64,000 bases of DNA from an uncultured Actinomycetota bacterium (lineage in GTDB: Bacteria; Actinomycetota; Actinomycetes; Streptosporangiales; Streptosporangiaceae), in NCBI GenBank assembly GCA_963759545.1, contig CAVXAB010000015.1, positions 45,055 through 109,054 of the forward strand. Direction: 5' to 3'. The translations under genes and the position numbers were made by a program. The notes beneath the pieces were generated by a model. It was not told where the DNA came from. It worked only from the letters and a program-made list of their open reading frames with translations, and made no database searches. Positions 60,639 to 64,000 of this stretch are shown here, one piece after another. Positions within the stretch are counted from its first letter, which is position 1. Every line of letters starts with the position of its first letter.

Positions 60639-61313
60639 TCAGTGCGCGGCTTTGAAGACGACGCCGAGTGTCTCAAGGCCGTGCAGGAAAAGCTGCACGC
60701 CAACGGCGGCGAGCAGGATGCCGAGCAGCCGGGAGAGCACCTCGAGGATGCTTTCGTGCGTCCGGCGCAGCACCGGCGCGAATACCACTGCGCACAGCGC
60801 GTCAACGAGCGCGACCAGCGCGAACGCCCCCGCGACGACCCACCGCGCGCCCCAGTCGCTCGCTGAAAGCGACACTTCAAGGTCGGCGGCGACCGCCAGC
60901 GGGCTGACCACGAACGGCAGCAGCATCGCCCGGAACCCGGTCCTGAGCGGGTGTGACGGGTCGGCGTCGGCGTCGCCCTCGTCGCCCTCGCCGTCAGGTA
61001 TCGCCGTAGCCGGTGCCTCGGCGTGGTCGAAATGGATGCCGAGCACCAGCCCGACCGCGTAGATGAAGAACACGATGCCAGCGGCCAGCGCCAGGGCGGC
61101 CTGACTGATGTGGAAGAAGGTCGCCAGCCAGGGAGCCGTGAGCGCGCACAGGGTACCCACGATGGCCGCCGTGAACGCGGTGGCCACGGCCACCAGGCGC
61201 AGCGAGCGGACGTCAAGGGTACGGGCGATGTGCGCGAACGAGAGCAACACCTTCTGCGGCCCGGCCAGCGCCAGGAACGTGATGAAGGTGTCGGCGAGGT
61301 TGAGGCTGGCCAT
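60639..61313 (-). CDS. MarC-family membrane protein
   Basis: FITFLALAGP, AAGIVFF, LPFVVSP, SRLLGILLAAVGVQLFLHG. Confidence 0.8.
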   Translation of the reverse strand: MASLNLADTFITFLALAGPQKVLLSFAHIARTLDVRSLRLVAVATAFTAAIVGTLCALTAPWLATFFHISQAALALAAGIVFFIYAVGLVLGIHFDHAEAPATAIPDGEGDEGDADADPSHPLRTGFRAMLLPFVVSPLAVAADLEVSLSASDWGARWVVAGAFALVALVDALCAVVFAPVLRRTHESILEVLSRLLGILLAAVGVQLFLHGLETLGVVFKAAH

Positions 61314-61405
61314 GACTCATGATGATGACGCGGCTACACGCGTAGCACCAGTAACCAGCACCCTTTGTGGTACCTCAGGCGTCGGGGCCGTGTAATATCG
61401 ACTCC

Positions 61406-61471
61406 GTGTCACGGTGGTATTGGCGCTTTACGACGGCTCCGGGTGGAGCCGTGCGTAGTCACGCGCGCTAA
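61406..61471 (+). CDS. Putative leader peptide MSRWYWRFTTAPGGAVRSHAR (leaderless GTG)
   Basis: TAATAT -10 box at 61393-61398, 7 nt before GTG; W-Y-W-R-F cluster; directly upstream of DAHP synthase. Below the ORF-track cutoff. Confidence 0.72.
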   Translation: MSRWYWRFTTAPGGAVRSHAR

Positions 61472-61582
61472 TAGTCACCCGGAGCCAGCCGCGGGCGAGG
61501 CAACGGCCACGTCCGAATTCAGAGGGCGTAGCTGGCTCGCGGAAGACCCCGGGCACAGCGTGCCCAGGAGGAGAAAACCCCG

Positions 61583-62647
61583 ATGTCGCGCGTCAGTGAT
61601 ACCAGGATTGTCGGCTACGAGCCACTGTTGTCCCCTGCTGCCCTGCTCCACGAGCTCCCACTGGGTGAGGCGCAGCAGGAGACGGTGGCGCGGACCAGGG
61701 CTGAGGTCCGCGCGGTGCTCGACGGCACCGACGACCGGCTGCTCGTGGTCACCGGTCCCTGCTCGGTCCACGACCCGAAGGCGGCGCTCGACTACGCGTC
61801 CCGCCTCGCCGGCCTGCGGGAGCGGCTGGCCGACGACCTGTTGATCGTGATGCGCGTGTACTTCGAGAAGCCGCGCACGGTGACGGGCTGGAAGGGCCTG
61901 ATCAACGACCCGGGCATGGACGATTCCTTCGACGTGCACCGTGGCCTGCGCACCGCCCGCCGCCTGCTGCTCGACATCGTGGGCGCCGGGATGCCGGTGG
62001 GCTGCGAGTGGCTTGACCCGATCACGCCGCAGTACATCGCGGACACCGTGACCTGGGGCGCGATCGGCGCCCGCACGACCGAGAGCCAGGTGCACCGCCA
62101 GCTCGCGTCCGGCCTCTCCATGCCGGTCGGGTTCAAGAACGGCACCGACGGCGACGTCCAGGTAGCGGTCGACGCGTGCCGCGCCGCGGCGGTCAGCCAC
62201 ACGTTCTTCGGCGTCACGGCCGCCGGCGCGGCCGCCGTGGTGACCACGAGCGGCAACGCCGACACGCACGTGATCCTGCGCGGCGGCCGCAGCGGCCCGA
62301 ACTACTCGTCCTCGCACGTGACCAAGGCCCTCGACCTGATCTCGGCCGCCGGCCTGCCGCGCCGCATCATGGTCGACGCCAGCCACGGCAACAGCGGCAA
62401 GGACCACACCCGCCAGATCGGCGTCGCCGACTCCCTGGCGGATCAGCTTACGGGCGGCCAGCACGGGGTGGTCGGCGTGATGCTCGAGTCGTTCCTGGTG
62501 GCGGGCCGCCAGAACCCGGGCAACCCGGCGACCCTGACCTACGGTCAGTCCGTCACGGACGCGTGCATGGACATCGAGATGACGACGTCGGCCCTGGAAA
62601 CGCTCGCCGCGTCGGTACAGGCCCGCCGCGGCTCCTCTTCAGATTGA
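61583..62647 (+). CDS. Class I (AroF/G/H-type) DAHP synthase
   Basis: GPCSVHD, MRVYFEKPRTVTGWKGLINDP, IGARTTESQVHR, PVGFKNGT, DASHGNS, SVTDAC. Confidence 0.96.
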   Translation: MSRVSDTRIVGYEPLLSPAALLHELPLGEAQQETVARTRAEVRAVLDGTDDRLLVVTGPCSVHDPKAALDYASRLAGLRERLADDLLIVMRVYFEKPRTVTGWKGLINDPGMDDSFDVHRGLRTARRLLLDIVGAGMPVGCEWLDPITPQYIADTVTWGAIGARTTESQVHRQLASGLSMPVGFKNGTDGDVQVAVDACRAAAVSHTFFGVTAAGAAAVVTTSGNADTHVILRGGRSGPNYSSSHVTKALDLISAAGLPRRIMVDASHGNSGKDHTRQIGVADSLADQLTGGQHGVVGVMLESFLVAGRQNPGNPATLTYGQSVTDACMDIEMTTSALETLAASVQARRGSSSD

Positions 62648-62697
62648 TCCCGAACGACTTCGGCTTTCTCTGGCTGGCGCACCATGACACTGCGGTC

Positions 62698-62789
62698 GCG
62701 GGGGCGGAGGGGATCGCCCGCGCGCTGTCGGCCCACGATGAACCCCGATCGTGGGCCGAACGCGCGCGGACTCACCCCCGCGCCCCCGC
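62698..62789. terminator. Long nested hairpin between convergent genes
   Basis: 12-bp core TCGGCCCACGAT/ATCGTGGGCCGA plus outer GC stems. Confidence 0.55.
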
Positions 62790-62803
62790 TCCTCGCACGT
62801 GAC

Positions 62804-63994
62804 TCAGGCGCGGCGCGACTTGGCGGACTGCAGTATGTAGCGGCCCGCGGCCTCGTAGTGCTCTTCAGACAACGCCAGGTGCTGACGCGCCGCCAGGACG
62901 TTCCGCAAATGCCGCTGCATCGGGTTGGCAAGCGCAAGCACCCGGCCGCCGCCGTACCTGAACAGGTCGCTGACGACCTCGGCGCAGGTTTCTACCGCGT
63001 AGACCGAGGCGGTCGTGACGGCGAGTTGCAGTTCCTCGCCTGGCACCGTGCCGGCGACGGCGCTCGCCCAGGCGGCGGCCATCGCCTCGCGGTGGATGGC
63101 GCGGGCGGCGCGGATCTTGGTCTCGGCGCGACCGAGTTCCTTGTGGAAGACGGCGCGCTCGCTGACGGTGGGGCCGCCGGGGAAGCGGGCCGTGTGGGTG
63201 GCGAGCTCGGTCATGTCGTCGAGGGCACGGCGGGCCAGGCCGATGGCGAGCGGCGGCACCTCGTTGGACACGAAGGCGGGCATGCCGAGGCGGAACAGGT
63301 CGCCGCCGCGGACGGCGGCCGAGCCCAGGTCATAGGTCAGTTCCGACGGGACGAAGATGCCGTCGACGGAGAAGTCGAGGCTGCCGGTGCCCTGCAGGCC
63401 CGCGACGTGCCAGTTGTCGATAACCTCGGCCTGCGCCTTGGGCGCCAGGAAGACGACCATCCGGCCGAACCCGGTATCCGCGGCGCCGTCATCCCCGCCC
63501 GAGGGACCCGGGTCCTCGCCGTCCGGCTTGAACGCACCGATCAGCCAGTCGGCGTGCACGATGCCGCTTGAGAAGCCCCATCGCCCGCTGACCAGGTACC
63601 CGCCCCTGACCGGGTGCCCGGCGCCGCGCGGTGCGAGCTGCCCGGCGACCACGGGCCGGACGCCGTCGGGTCCGGCGCCGAAGATCTGGCGCGCTCCCTC
63701 CTCCGGCAGCCAGCCGCCTGCCAGCCCGTTGCACCCCGCGCCGATCATCGCCGCCCAGGCCGTCGAGGTGTCGACGTAGGCGAGTTCCTCGATCACGTCG
63801 CTGAACTCGACCGGCGCCAGCGGCGTCCCGCCAAGCTCCGCCGGGGTCTTCAGCCAGAACAAGCCGAGCGACCGCAAGATCGCCACCGCGTCGTGCGGGA
63901 GCGTGCGCAGCTCCTCGGCACGGTCCCCAGCGGACTCGAACTTCTCCCTGTTGGCGCGAATCCCCGCGATCAGCTCGTCGCGCAGCTCGGTCAT
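62804..63994 (-). CDS. Acyl-CoA dehydrogenase-fold flavin-dependent monooxygenase (HsaA/C2-like)
   Basis: PAELGG, SGRWGFSSG, WHVAGLQGTGS, MQRHLRN. Confidence 0.87.
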   Translation of the reverse strand: MTELRDELIAGIRANREKFESAGDRAEELRTLPHDAVAILRSLGLFWLKTPAELGGTPLAPVEFSDVIEELAYVDTSTAWAAMIGAGCNGLAGGWLPEEGARQIFGAGPDGVRPVVAGQLAPRGAGHPVRGGYLVSGRWGFSSGIVHADWLIGAFKPDGEDPGPSGGDDGAADTGFGRMVVFLAPKAQAEVIDNWHVAGLQGTGSLDFSVDGIFVPSELTYDLGSAAVRGGDLFRLGMPAFVSNEVPPLAIGLARRALDDMTELATHTARFPGGPTVSERAVFHKELGRAETKIRAARAIHREAMAAAWASAVAGTVPGEELQLAVTTASVYAVETCAEVVSDLFRYGGGRVLALANPMQRHLRNVLAARQHLALSEEHYEAAGRYILQSAKSRRA

Positions 63995-64000
63995 CGTGTG

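Overview
High-GC actinobacterial chromosome segment; gene content and order suggest a Streptosporangiales-like soil organism (inference). Mostly core genes: partial LysR/PhzF pair, ung, mtrA-mtrB-lpqB, hpf, NarL-type regulator, YcaQ-like glycosylase, DrrAB-type exporter, secA, Rv3235, vsr, P5C dehydrogenase, large NAD-glutamate dehydrogenase, an ECF sigma with a membrane partner, prfB, ftsEX, smpB, cimA, an FAH-family protein, tRNA-Gln(CTG), tRNA-Glu(CTC) and a class I DAHP synthase. An accessory block of about 17 kb (41.3-57.9 kb) holds two Opp/Dpp-type ABC systems, a CE7 esterase, a GH5-like hydrolase and a LacI regulator. No CRISPR array, integrase or transposase was seen. The main non-obvious signals: (1) an unannotated leaderless leader peptide MSRWYWRF... 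with mutually exclusive helices upstream of DAHP synthase, a candidate Trp/Tyr/Phe-sensing attenuator; (2) an Ile-rich attenuator upstream of cimA with a REP-like element inside it; (3) a PBP-like protein next to ftsEX-smpB in which all three catalytic motifs are degenerate; (4) a Gln/Asn/Gly/Met tandem-repeat protein; (5) several families of dispersed palindromic elements, one fixed in-frame inside a DNA-repair gene; (6) four apparent frameshifts and one missing start codon, which may be sequencing artefacts. All product calls come from motif recognition by eye, not database searches.
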